A stretch of 53,899 nucleotides of DNA from Spongospora subterranea f. sp. subterranea (taxonomy: Eukaryota): contig JAUGWO010000002.1 of the NCBI GenBank assembly GCA_049724395.1, positions 62,001-115,899 of the forward strand, given 5' to 3'. The first letter of the stretch is position 1; every line of letters starts with the position of its first letter. Position numbers and translations under genes: made by a program. The notes under the pieces are model-generated. The model was not told the origin of the DNA and did not search any database. It saw only the letters and a list, made by a program, of their open reading frames with translations. This document shows positions 26,675-38,885 of the stretch, in pieces.

Positions 26675-27751
26675 TTAATAGGCCCTCCAATGCGTCCCCT
26701 TGGGATGCATATCGGCAACCAGCATTGGCGCGTTCCCAGCAATCTTGTGATGCTGCGGGGGCTCTGGTATTTCATCGATATGGGATGTCCCCGGCCGCGT
26801 CGGCTGCGACAACAGCGCCAAATATGGCTTGTGCAACAAGACGTTGCCTTCTTGGTCTGCTCGTTTATAGACACCACCTTTGCGTTGCGAATGCGACGAT
26901 TTCGCCACATGATTATATGAGCAGTATGATTCAACTCGCTTTGGATTGCTCCCACCATATGGCGCATCCAAGGTCTTCTTAGTATATGACGACTTGCAAA
27001 CTGATTCCTGCTTTGTGTTGGCTGGTACTTGTAATATCGGAGTGCAGGATTTACTAAACCCACTAATATAACTGGATTTACTTCCCGATGTTGGATCTCC
27101 CGTAGAACGTTCCACTACCGGAATTGCAAAAGCACTCTCGAATTCCGAAAGAAGGACTCCATCAGCTTTCATCAGTGATAAATCTCGAGAATCACTGAAG
27201 TTCCGAGTATATCCATTCGAAGCGGTTCCAAAACGGGCTGTCTTTCCCTGATGTGTCGGAAGAGTTGACGATGATGGCGACTTCAATTTGTAAGAAGATT
27301 GCGATTCGGATTCTGTCGGCGCGGAAATTGGCAGCTATCGTTGATGTCAGAGATAGTTCCGGAAGGAAAATTAGGCAACAACATACCACGTAATCGTATT
27401 GATTCTGCTTAGAAAATGGAGTCCGCGTTTTGATGCCCGCGAGATCATCTCGGTGAACGACTCCATCATCATATGGATTTCGTTCACCTCTCTTATAACT
27501 TGTTTTATAGGTCGACATGGATGGCGAGTGGACTTCCTTGGGACCCAAACCCAGTTTCCCCTGGTTTCTAGAGAACCCTATTTGGACATCAGCTACTGAA
27601 CCCTGTTTAGGGGATCGAATTATGAACCTGTTTCGACAGGACTTAATTCCGGTATTCCTGTCTTGCCACGATATCGAAAACTAGTCGCCGACGTCGTGCA
27701 ATAGAACCCCAGGACATTATCCGGTCGCGATGACGATGTCGGAGAGGACAT
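26675..27751 (-). CDS. Probable ciliary microtubule-inner protein (PPP1R32/SAXO-like), multi-exon
   Basis: N-terminal DNVLGFYCTTSATSF and repeated GFSRN, NGYTRN, SGFSK and STYKTSY motifs in a low-complexity chain. The family call is by motif resemblance only. Confidence 0.5.
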
Positions 27752-27999
27752 TGCTCCCCCCAAGTGCAATTCACGAGCGATAGATCGAATTTTGTACCGA
27801 TATTATGATTGAATGTTCAACTCCGAACGTGCTTGAGATGCAACAATCACTTCTTGGATTCCTGAGCTACCAATGCCCAGAGATGAAGTTCATTTACTTG
27901 CACTGAATTAGTAAGATCGGTCCTCTCTCTCAATGCTTGTATCGCCTAGAGTTATTATAACAACATATTAGGTCTCGTACAGATCTAGATTCCCAGTTC

Positions 28000-28620
28000 T
28001 TCATCTCGATACCGTCTCTAGAATTGGTGTTGTCCGAAAAGCTATCGGTGCAACCTTATTTTTTACGGGACTCAGATTGACGGCAGGAGCGATACGTTGA
28101 GGTGGTGTACAACGTCTTTATCCTCCAACGCCATCGCTATAGATAGGGCCCTAGACTGGTCTAAATGTGACGGCATTCTCGACGTACTCGAGGGAGGTTG
28201 AGTAATGGTCCTCTCTCAAAGGATTACACTGTTATTTATGGGTTATTCAATGCCATCGAGCAACGGCATTCACGGTTAGATTCAGCCTCTTGTAGAGAGA
28301 CGATGTACCACCTGTCCGATCACGATTTTCTCCATCAGACTGGCGGATTGTCCATGGATATCTCAACGATCGACTGGGAATTTGGTGCCATCAAAGCCGC
28401 CATGGGCTTCGCCAATGACCTTGATTGATATGCCTGATGGAACTCCGTTCAATAAGCCAGAAGCTTCATTGCTAAAAATATCACGAAGCTCCTCGTCACT
28501 TCCGCCGATAGTTGCTGCTTCACTCGGCCGTGGTTAGGAATGTTTTTCGTCTTCAACAAGCTCTTCCAGAAACTGAATCTAACCGTGAGATGGCGGTCAG
28601 CAGTGCGCATGACGCCTCCT
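28000..28620 (+). pseudogene. Possible degenerate Mutator (MULE) transposase relic
   Basis: STIDWEFGAIKAAMGF followed by a CCFT fragment resembles the MULE D.E.A...A...F..C.FH motif. Frames are disrupted. Confidence 0.3.
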
Positions 28621-28746
28621 CTACGATCGAGTCTTTACATATAAAACATTTATTATCAGACACCTGACATCTAGCGGAAGTATATCAGAACGTGATCATA
28701 TGAAATCTCGACGAACGTACGACAGATAGCCACACCTTTTAGATTC

Positions 28747-28953
28747 ACTTCACTCTCTTCCGACAAATTTAAGTTGTACTTCCCTCTCTTCCGACAAATT
28801 TAGGTTTTACTTCCCTCACTTCCGACAAATTTAGGTTTACTTCCCTCTCTTCCGACAAATTGACAAATTTAGGTTTTACTTCCCTCTCTTCCGACAAATT
28901 AAGGTTTTACTTCCCTCTCTTCCGACAAATTTAGGTTTTACTTCCCTCTCTTC
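28747..28953. repeat. Minisatellite, ~31-bp unit TTCCCTCTCTTCCGACAAATTTAGGTTTTAC, about 6.5 copies
   Basis: Directly visible tandem copies with small variants. Confidence 0.95.
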
Positions 28954-29334
28954 GAGCATTAGAACGTGTACATCTTCCCGAGCGACAGTAAACCCCTAGT
29001 GCTGTCAACCACGACTCTAACATACTGTAAAACGAAAATAGTCCACAGTCAGATGCCGCACTGTTGCTGCAACTCTGTCTAAAAATGGCAGCGCAGTCTA
29101 TTAATATGTCCGTTTCATGTCGAGTAACCCTCCGAAAATAGAGTCGCCCGACGGTGATACAGCATGATCCACTCCCTCTGTCGCCATATACATACTGGCC
29201 CCATCAAGTTTCGACCAATTGACCATTACTGTACATACCTATCTTGACCTTTGCCGGTCCCTTTAAGATCTCTTTTTTCACGACCGGAACAAAAGGTGCT
29301 GGGTTCAGTGCCCGCCGCTGGAGTGGTTTACTCA

Positions 29335-30259
29335 AGTATGCCATCGCTCCATCTCTCCTGCTTTGGGCTTGAACCTGATATTGATGGATAGTGGGCCGTC
29401 GCAAAATTAAAATAGAGATGATTGCGGATAAAAGGAATCGGACGGTGACGTTCAACAAAAGAAAGCTAGGCTTGATGAAAAAAGCAATTGAACTAAGCGT
29501 AAATATCATATGTTTAGTGAACTGGCAATGAATTTTTGATCATTTACAAAACAGGTACTATGCGGAACAGATATTGCACTTGTCATCTTCGGGCAGGAGA
29601 GCGTTTACAAATTCTCGACGTTTGATTTCAACACTATTTTTTCTCGTTACGAAGGATTTCCTGGACCGGTTCACGAGCTGTCCGTTGACGACCTCGACGA
29701 TCTTGAAGAAGGCAGAATCGGAGTACCGACAGGGAAAAAGCGAAAGGGGTCACAGCTCTGGTCTCCACCCGTCAGAGAATTCGTTGATCAAGTTCCGGCT
29801 CCAACTGTGGCGAGTATATATAATGGGCATGAACACCCCCATCATCCAGCCACGAATAATTGCCATCTCGTCCCCCAGCAGCAGTCTGTGATCATGCCCT
29901 TTGGACCAACCCGTAGCTCAGGGTTTACAAATGGGGATGCAAGCGACTATGGGAACTGTGTGGCCGGTAAAGGAAACTACACCCAATATGACTCCCCAAA
30001 CAACAGTCATGGCCCACTTATCAACGAAACCACCAATCGAATATGGCCATATCCGTATTTAGTCGATCCCCAATCGCCATATATATCGCCCTTTGTCCTC
30101 AACCAAGATCAATCGCCATCATATCATGGATGTTTTGCATCAGCACACTGTCTGCATTCCCCGCCTGAGGCTGCCATATTGCCAAAAACCCACACATATC
30201 CTCAACACACACAAATGATCAAGAACATTCACCTCACTCAACGTCACCAATCTAATTAA
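29335..30259 (+). CDS. MADS-box (MEF2-like) transcription factor
   Basis: Removing introns 29336-29391 and 29499-29554 gives [48 protein letters not shown], continuing in frame into the P/Q/H-rich ORF that ends at 30259. Confidence 0.93.
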
Positions 30260-30366
30260 AACATAATGTTAATCGTTTATATATTTCGAATAAGTTTCTA
30301 GGAATGTACGTTGACGGTCGCTCATATCGTACAGCTGATCGATCTGAATTCTTGATTGATGTGAAG

Positions 30367-31169
30367 ATGAGCGTTGCTCTCAATGAAGTGAATATGCGAA
30401 GCAGATCAGCTGAGCAACAAGATGAAGTTATTGTATAAGAATTGCTGCCGTTCAAAATCTTTGCTAATGATATTTCCAGAGGAACGTACCGGCCACTGGG
30501 CGTTTAATACTAGAGAGGAGTCGAGAATATATTGAGAAAAGGCATCTAAAGGAACGCGATTTCGGTTTCCATCGCTACAAGGCCGATATTATCGACACCC
30601 CATTTGAGATTGAGCCAACCTCTTCAGCATATATGACAGGTATGGAAACTTCTTGCAACGAAGGTGCTCTAAAGGTACTGAATCAAGTGGACAACAGCGG
30701 CAGATCGGTTCCACTGCGACACGGTTGGAGAGTTTAAGGCAATCAGGGATGCAGCCATTGCCCGGACCGAAGCTCGGAATCAATCGAAGCGGGAACGGAC
30801 ACGTCAGGCTGAGATCGAACGGCATGAGCAATCCTCGAATGAGAGAGCCAGGTTGAGAATGTATGAGGCTAGAAAGCAAGATATCGATCGGCCACATAAT
30901 AATCAGAACAGTGTTGCCTATAATCCAGTCACTTTGGTATATAGCTCAACGAACGATGGAAAGCGTTTGCAACACCAGCACGCTCAGGTTCTGTACAGAG
31001 CTGCTTTACGCTCAAAGGTCAAAACCCAATCTAACTAGGTTCCGGCGCATCGATTCATTGTTCGTTAATACAGGCACTACAAGAAAAATCGAACGGGGGT
31101 TTCAATCCAATAACCGGGGAAGAAATCGTTTCAGTACCGCTTCCCGAATATCCCAAACCAATGGAATAA
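30367..31169 (+). CDS. Conserved-looking hypothetical protein with NP(I/V)T motifs, possibly ciliary; multi-exon
   Basis: Spliced YNPVTLVYSSTNDGKRLQ..VLYRAALRS|ALQEKSNGGFNPITGEE..PKPME*. The start is approximate. Confidence 0.55.
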
Positions 31170-31230
31170 CGTCATATATACGATCCAGCTATATTAAGAT
31201 TATTGAAATTGGCAAAAAAAAAATATCCCG

Positions 31231-32119
31231 CTATAGGAATAAGCTGTGCTCAGCGATATAGGAAATCACGAGATTTGGAATCAAATATTTGACCGAACGA
31301 CGAGACGATATCAATTTCCTAACGATCGTTGAACTAATATCGTTCACAACAACTCGTGGGATACGGTAGATATTCTTCCGGTTATTCCTTAGCACTGGAT
31401 CCTGACCGATGATTTTGTCGATGTCGAATCCTTCCCTTTCCATTACTGCCACGCCATGGTCACTCACAATTCGCTGTACCTGCACAGCCATTAATTCACG
31501 TGCAGCGATAAATATCAACATTACCTGGTCTCTTGGCCAAATATTAGGGTCGGAAAATGCGTTTAAAACATCGGCACCGCAAAGCAAAATCATTTTGATT
31601 GACGGATATCCAGCAGATTTCAATAACGCACAATGGGCATCGAGAACATCCACAGTATGGGTCCATGATTTCTGTTGACCCTCCCATTCGCTGCTCGCTA
31701 CCCAATCGGAATCTTGAACTGTTTCAGGACAGCAATCAGCCCTATTCGGTAGCGAAAGGCGGGGATGGTACCGGCCAACTTGTTCATCTCGCTACGATGG
31801 AGGTAGGGAATCAAGCCCTGTTTAGTATAATCATCATGTACAGCTGAAAGAAAGCCCCCGATTACATGCATCCCACTTCTTGATGCGATCGCATCCCTTG
31901 AATCCTCTTCTCAAATGTATTGTCAGCTCCGGATTCAAGAAAACGGAAACAAACCTGAAACAATGCAATATCAACAGACTAAAGAGACAGGACACTTCAT
32001 CGCCCAACCAGTTACCAAATAAATCTCAGGTGAAAATATGTGATAGGCGAGAACGATCCACATGCAATTAACGCGCATGGCTTTAATCCGCTACCGAATT
32101 CAAGTTTATCGGCAGTCAT
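31231..32119 (-). CDS. NMNAT: Nicotinamide/nicotinate mononucleotide adenylyltransferase
   Basis: LIACGSFSPIT, VIGGFLSAVHDDY, LLCGADVL, NDISSTIVR and SVKYLIPNLVISYI..HSLF. Confidence 0.93.
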
Positions 32120-32353
32120 GAACGCAAAACAGAAATAATAGTTACCCCGGAGCGGGTGTGCATTTAGACACATTCAAATGGAACTTATTGGCCATCAACA
32201 TAAAATGATCATATAAATAATGAGAAGGATCTCCGCTCCGATGACAGGGTCACATATATAGGTAACGGGTGGGATGATTTCCGAAACTGGGGGATACACA
32301 AGCCCACGTGGGCCACGCTACAGTAACAGTTTCGGTGACTGTTCAGTATCGTT

Positions 32354-33717
32354 CCCACCATGCATCGTCATGCGGTTTTCAACATGGGAATGGGGCGATA
32401 GGTGTTGTTGTGACTTGTGACCCACCATGCATCGTCATGCGGTTTTCAACATGGGAATGGGGCGATAGGTGTTGTTGTGACTTGTGACCCACCATGCATC
32501 GTCATGCGGTTTTCAACATGGGAATGGGGCGATAGGTGTTGTTGTGACTTGTGACCCACCATGCATCGTCATGCGGTTTTCAACAGCGATAGGTGTTGTT
32601 GTGACTTGTGACCCACCATGCATCGTCATGCGGGTTTCAACAGCGATAGGTGTTGTTGTGACTTGTGACCCACCATGCATCGTCATGCGGTTTTCAACAG
32701 CGATAGGTGTTGTTGTGACTTGTGACCCACCATGCATCGTCATGCGGGTTTCAACAGCGATAGGTGTTGTTGTGACTTGTGACCCACCATGCATCGTCAT
32801 GCGGTTTTCAACATGGGAATGGGGCGATAGGTGTTGTTGTGACTTGTGACCCACCATGCATCGTCATGCGGTTTCAACATGGGAATGGGGCGATAGGTGT
32901 TGTTGTGACTTGTGACCCACCATGCATCGTCATGCGGTTTCAACATGGGAATGGGGCGATAGGTGTTGTTGTGACTTGTGACCCACCATGCATCGTCATG
33001 CGGTTTCAACATGGGAATGGGGCGATAGGTGTTGTTGTGACTTGTGACCCACCATGCATCGTCATGCGGTTTCAACATGGGAATGGGGCGATAGGTGTTG
33101 TTGTGACTTGTTGTTGTGTGACCCACCATCGTCACCATGCGGTTTCAACATGGGAATGGGGCGATAGGTGTTGTTGTGACTTGTGACCCACCATGCATCG
33201 TCATGCGGTTTCAACATGGGAATGGGGCGATAGGTGTTGTTGTGACTTGTGACCCACCATGCATCGTCATGCGGTTTCAACATGGGAATGGGGCGATAGG
33301 TGCCCACCATGCATCGTCATGCGGTTTCAACATGGGAATGGGGCGATAGGTGTTGTTGTGACTTGTGACCCACCATGCATCGTCATGCGGTTTCAACATG
33401 GGAATGGGGCGATAGGTGTTGTTGTGACTTGTGACCCACCATGCATCGTCATGCGGTTTCAACATGGGAATGGGGCGATAGGTGTTGTTGTGACTTGTGA
33501 CCCACCATGCATCGTCATGCGGTTTCAACATGGGAATGGGGCGATAGGTGTTGTTGTGACTTGTGACCCACCATGCATCGTCATGCGGTTTCAACATGGG
33601 AATGGGGCGATAGGTGTTGTTGTGACTTGTGACCCACCATGCATCGTCATGCGGTTTCAACATGGGAATGGGGGAAGGTGTTGTTGGACTTGTGACCCAC
33701 CATGCATCGTCATGCGG
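32354..33717. repeat. Tandem satellite, ~22 units of 66-67 bp (CCCACCATGCATCGTCATGCGGTTT(T)CAACATGGGAATGGGGCGATAGGTGTTGTTGTGACTTGTGA) with 57-bp and 50-bp deletion variants
   Basis: Unit starts at 32354, 32421, 32488, 32555, 32612, 32669, 32726, 32783, 32850 and onward to ~33696. There are no unique spacers. Confidence 0.97.
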
Positions 33718-33975
33718 ACTCTGGCTACGGTGTTGTGCAGTTAATGCATCGTCAAATGAGATCGTTATCAACCGGTTTATCGAGAGTTGGCGAGTTGTCG
33801 CCGGGATTGCAAGTTTCCGCCCATGGAGACTCGTCCCTGGTATTGCCATAAGCAACTACCTTCTGATGGCATGTATAAAGTAAGAATTCCATTACGTTGA
33901 AGTGATCGCCATTGTGCTGTGTGTTGAACTAAATTACTTGAGGAACTTATCATTGCAGTTTCTTGTAAACGGTAA

Positions 33976-35333
33976 TTATAAACATGGTTGCACTGCTTTT
34001 AATAGTTTGGAATATGTGACTAATTCAACTCCATTTCTTGCAGCAAATTGGAATACGATTTTGCTCCAGCTGTGCGCGATTGACTACACGGAAAAGAAAA
34101 TTGGGTTAACAAATCCAAAGACAGTTAAATAAAAGACCTTTGAGAGCGGGCAATTTCCAATATGGGTTAAATTGTGGACAGATGGAACTGGATTATCTAA
34201 ATCGACTCCATCGATTGTGAATCTAAGAATAGTTAAACCGATTCCTCGGGAATTAAGTTCGAATGAACCTTTGCAATCGCTCCGGGAACGGTAAGAAACT
34301 TTGTGGACTTGCTATTCCAAGAACAACACCATCTTGAGTCGAAATCGCTCCAGAATCGACATCAAACTGTGCAATAATCTGCTGTTTTTCCGTAATCGAT
34401 CCTTCAATAAGATAAGGCGAACAATTGGCGTCTTTCCACACGAGGACTAATGGGTTGCAACAGCTTTCATATACTGAATCATTATGATAGAATACCATTC
34501 CGTCGCTTATAGCGCCACCGCCAAGTCCAAAAAAAGCGGCCGAAACAGATTCGCTAGAGCATTTCCTGGCAAATAGTGGTACTATCTGCAAGTCGAAATA
34601 ATCGGCAGGAGCCGAACACTCTAACTCCTGAAATTTCGTCTCCATCCAATACTGCCGAAACTCCCTTGTGCTGTTCAGTAAATGGTATCCTTTCCAGCAC
34701 AGCACATCCATAACATAGAGATTTCCATCCTGCAAGATACATTCCAATACCGTCGCTTGGTCTGAAGGAACGGTCCTAATCAGAGCAAACCCTAAAATAC
34801 TTGAAAACAGCGAGGAATCATCGACTTACTTTGGGCTTCCTGCAGGGAGAACCGTCTTAAACGTTGACTGATATGTTGTATGTCCTTCTAAAGATTTTGC
34901 TATTGTCCTTCCATGAGCACTTGTTACTATATATCAATAAGTTCCTCGCTGAGACAGCGAGATGTGAGTTTTACCGATGCACCGCTGGCCTTCCGGTCGG
35001 GCAACGACCGACCAGCTTTCGCAAAAATCCGAAGGAATGTCGATCATCCAATCAGGAACCTGATAAAGAATATCCCGAGGTTTTTGCAATAATCTGGTTT
35101 CGGGAACCGTCACCGCGTCTGGTACCACGAGCGCCGCGTCTATGATAATCTGTCGCCGTGATACGACCAAGTTCTCCCGTTCCTGTCTCTGTCTGTCGAG
35201 CGCGATTTTCCTCCTCGCCTGACCAGATAGAAAAAGGTTCATCGAGGCGACTTTGACGGATACCTTGGTGGTTGGACATTCCATGATCAGATCGATTGGC
35301 GAATTCAAGAAATTCCGTGCGCAATCGCTTCAT
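33976..35333 (-). CDS. SNUPN: Snurportin-1 (m3G-cap nuclear import adaptor), multi-exon
   Basis: IBB-like QARRKIALDRQRQER, PDWMIDIP..WSVVARPEGQRC, YVMDVLCWKG, FRQYW, DGMVFYH..Y..NPLVLVWKD and C-terminal AHSWSKIVFQF. Confidence 0.92.
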
Positions 35334-35389
35334 TATTCGGCGAAAACCGACAAGGTTCCACGAAACCGAGGCAATGAAAAACGTAATGA

Positions 35390-36467
35390 TTAACTGGGAT
35401 GTTTATGAATACGAATAATTTCCCTGACGTTGGAATGCCCATCAGCGATGGTTTTGATGACTTCACACTCTAGATTAGGAAAGGCGGCGACGTTCTGAGT
35501 AAACGCAAACGTAGAACCACCAACGCCGAAGTAAAACCTATGCAAAATCAGCAACAAAAATTGTGGCAGATAAACATGAAAAGAAGACTGACGTCTTAGC
35601 CGCAATATAAGCGACACCATTATCCCGTAAACATTCGTTGATCATCCTGACGAGATGCGGCTGAGACTCAATATTGTATCTGCACACATCAGGTTTAGGA
35701 TGAGGATAATCAACTGCAAAACTACAAGAAATACATTGTGTCGCAAGAAAATATAACGTCGAATTGCCCGCCAGATATGCATTCTGCAGATAGATTCTGG
35801 TCTCGCCAATCACCGGCTATAAATCTGGATTTCTCCAGGCTGCCGTTAAGAATAACGTTGGGAATTGTGATGTATTCCAAAACTTGATGGTTAAGGTCCT
35901 TATAATATTGAATAACAGCATTGGTGAGGCTTTGCGTCCTTAAATACTACCTGGAATAAGACAGAGTGAGCGCCGAATGCCAAAGCGAAAATACCAGGAA
36001 GGCCATGCCCACATCCCTGAATGAAAATGAAAACCGACACATAATAGGAACTGAGGACTTACCAACTCGAGAACATTGAGAGAGGATATAGAAGGAATAT
36101 CGATCAAGAAATTGACTAAAATTAATAAGTATTATCCCAATTCGATGTCATGACAGCAAGAAATACCGAGATCTACTGCACATTCCCAAAGTTTAAATCC
36201 GCCTTCATAAACGCCTGAAGCCAGGTCTGAACTGCTCACAATTGTTTTCAATCGCCTGTCGTCATTGGGTAAAGCTCGCCAGTCGAACTGCGATTGCTTG
36301 AAAGACCATTTGTTCGAGAAACTCACCGTCTCGTATTTCGATGTGCATGGCTGGTACACATCGACTGGACGTGGCTGAATTCTCATAATCTGGCAGAATA
36401 TTTCCACATCTGTACCGGATTCTTGAATAACCTCATCCTTGTCTGCATCAAAATTGAACCGAAACAT
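35390..36467 (-). CDS. METTL18: Histidine protein methyltransferase (METTL18/Hpm1 family)
   Basis: MFRFNF, SDLASGVYEGGFKLWECAVDL, VLELGCGHGLPG, AYIAAK|FYFGVGGS and NVREII. Confidence 0.9.
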
Positions 36468-36681
36468 GATTCGTCAGTGACTCAGCAGAGCCCCGAACTG
36501 TTCCAAAAAAAGTGCGTGTGAGAAAACTCCGGTGTCACTATCGATGATAATTCTCGTGAACAGAAAATCAACAGAAGTCCAACACAAATCCGAAAATCCT
36601 CGATGGAATAACTGCTGATGGATGGATCAACGACTCTTCAGAAAACGTCTAGTGAGTTGTTGACTTCAATCGCGGGACTGT

Positions 36682-36979
36682 TTATTGATGTCGGCCGCGT
36701 TGTTGGTCAATGGATAGTGACAACTTAGAGGCGTATCCGCACCATACTTCGGCAACGAGGTTAATTTGACGATTAACCTTGGACAGAGAACTGAGGTCTT
36801 CATTAACACCTGCGTAACTTCGTCAAAAATGTTCTGTGATCCGAATTGACCTTATCACCATCAATAGTAGACGTGATCCTTTCAACAGAAGTTGTTATTC
36901 GTTCTAGTAAAGCCTGTTGCTGTAAATAATGAGGGTCTGAAATCTGCTGGTTAGTAAGTTTTGCAGGTGTTGACGACAT
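36682..36979 (-). CDS. DAD4: DASH/Dam1 complex subunit Dad4
   Basis: Removing intron 36810-36858 gives DPHYLQQQALLERITTSVERITSTIDGVNEDLSSLSKVNRQINLVAEVWCGY. This matches the Dad4 pattern NPHEEQQ.ALL.RI..NVE.L...I...N..L..IN..N..V..V...W..Y. Confidence 0.75.
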
Positions 36980-37209
36980 TTGGAACCCTGACTTTCCATA
37001 GTGCACCGCTTATGGAATGGAGCTCAATGAGGATATCAATCTGGAGGTCCCGGCGATAATTTCCGACACGATTCAGAGTACTGTACCGTTGTTTTGAGAA
37101 AGGTTGCGTGTGAGAGAGGCCGCACCTGTTGATTCATCTCCCCGCAACGTTGTACATTGGGTGACTTCCAAAAACCGCGCCAATGCACTTTGTGCGAACT
37201 ATGTGTGTA

Positions 37210-38768
37210 CAGTACCGGACACCTTAACTCTCCAACTTTGCCACTACAGGCTACGGAGTATCTGATCACGTTTACGTTCAGGAACAAACTCGGATTACAA
37301 CTGAATGAATCGATTGCATTTGCAATTTTAAGAAGGGTGATTGAAATAGAAAATTTGAATTCTAGTTATTGACTGACTTATGGGCACTCAAACTATCGAC
37401 TTTTTCAAGTATTTGAAACATTATAGGTGAAAAACAGTTTTGTCCATAGATACACTTAGAGAAATGCGTGCGCACATATTTTCGCAAAACAATGTTGCGA
37501 CTTACGGACCAGTAAACTGCGCCAAGGGCACTCATTCAGGAAGGAACCCAACCAGAACAAGAAGAATCTGCCAACCATCATGCATTTGCTTCTGATGCTT
37601 TCGGTAGCAAGCCGCTTAAACCTGAGCGATGGCGGAAAGAACGTAAAATCTACGAGGCCAGGATGGTACATTTTAGACTGTGTGAAAGTTGAGCGTGGTG
37701 GTGAACGAAGGGCAGCAGAAAGGCTGCAGAACAATTTTACAGGAGCGCGGTTTGTGGCCTTTAAGCGGTTTATCGTTGAAAAACGCCAGGAACCTGTTAG
37801 GACAGCAACCAGACTTTCAGGAGCAACAAGAATGGCTCATCGAAACCGTTACTTCCGACCCAGATTTCATTGTGAATTCAACCACATTGAGATGTATTGG
37901 GGACACGTGAAAAGGTATTTGAGACAATACTGCAACTATTCATAAAAAGGTCTGGAAGAGATGTTGCCAGAGGCGTTCGCCTCAGTTTTAAAAGCCACAA
38001 TCAGGCGACACGCTCGCAAGTGCTTTCGATATATGGACGCGTACTCGCCGTTTTTCATCGAGTACTACTCGATGAAAACCGGCCAATATCTTAGCATGAA
38101 GCAGGTGGAATTCGCTGTGCGAAAATATCGTCGACATCGATCTGTACCTAACTCTATCTTTTCAGAATTATAAAAATGTTTTCATCGCCTCTGGCACTTT
38201 GCTCACTGATCTGGATGAATTTGCAATGAAATCTTGGGAGAAATTCAATCAGAAAAGGCTGGGTCAGATAACGGTTTCGGTGAGCAATTCTTTCCATTAG
38301 TAGAAGGTTTTCCATGCGACATTCGCTCTTTGATGTGGCTGATAACAACAGCATATTCGACGAAGGATGGTTTCGCAACCGTTGCGAAACCATCCTTCGT
38401 CGATGACTGCGCCCATCGCCTTCGTCATCACTATCCAGAACGACCGCCAGCGCTTGCGCAATGACAGAAATCATCGCTGGAACAATGATCGCCGCCACTC
38501 TCCGACGACGGACCCTCATAAAAAGAGATGCCAGTTTGTCCGTGGCCAATCGGAACGCTGCGCATGTTTTCGGATCTCTATTTATTCATCTATATTTCTG
38601 AACCAGGCTCTAAGTTCGTTCTTCGCGCATATTTACCTTTTTCTGCGCACGCATATTTAGCTTTTTGCGCACGCATATATTTTTTTTTGCGCACGCATAT
38701 TTAGCTTTTTGCGTACGCATATTTGAAGTTGAATTGAAACAATTGGAGAGTTAAGGTGTCCGGTACTG
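37210..38768 (+). mobile_element. Non-autonomous Tc1/IS630-like DNA transposon (deleted derivative) containing a nested Harbinger fragment
   Basis: Perfect 26-bp TIR CAGTACCGGACACCTTAACTCTCCAA at 37210 and 38743-38768, flanked by TA. Degenerate 3' transposase ([28 protein letters not shown]) at ~37500-38173. Confidence 0.9.
38290..38610 (-). mobile_element. PIF/Harbinger 5' remnant nested in the Tc1-like element
   Basis: Terminal GAGCCTGGTTCAG next to TTA/TAA at 38610, like the end at 42087. ATG at 38549 encodes ..DGRS, and an inverted piece encodes RRFSMRHSLF..DEGWFRN, similar to the N-terminus of the 42193 transposase. Confidence 0.7.
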
Positions 38769-38801
38769 TAGCAGGAATCTGTGTTTCAAAACAATAGACA
38801 T

Positions 38802-38885
38802 TAAAGGTCTCACGCACCTTTTTTTGATGTTCGGAAATAAAGGTCTCACGCACCTTTTTTTTTATGTTCGGAAATAAAGGTCTCA
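38802..38885. repeat. Short tandem duplication, ~36-38-bp unit, 2+ copies
   Basis: TAAAGGTCTCACGCACC-T-run-ATGTTCGGAAA repeated. Confidence 0.85.

Noticed and set aside
17288..28031. Shared CTAGAATTGGTGTT 14-mer at ~17288 and ~28018 as evidence of one repeat family
   Set aside because: The flanks do not align convincingly, and a single short match is insufficient.
29204..29509. 101-aa minus-strand ORF
   Set aside because: Antisense shadow of the MADS-box exons on the + strand.
32354..33717. CRISPR array or repeat-protein gene
   Set aside because: Units are contiguous and near-identical with no unique spacers and no cas genes nearby. The ORFs on both strands are by-products of the repeat and shift frame with unit length.
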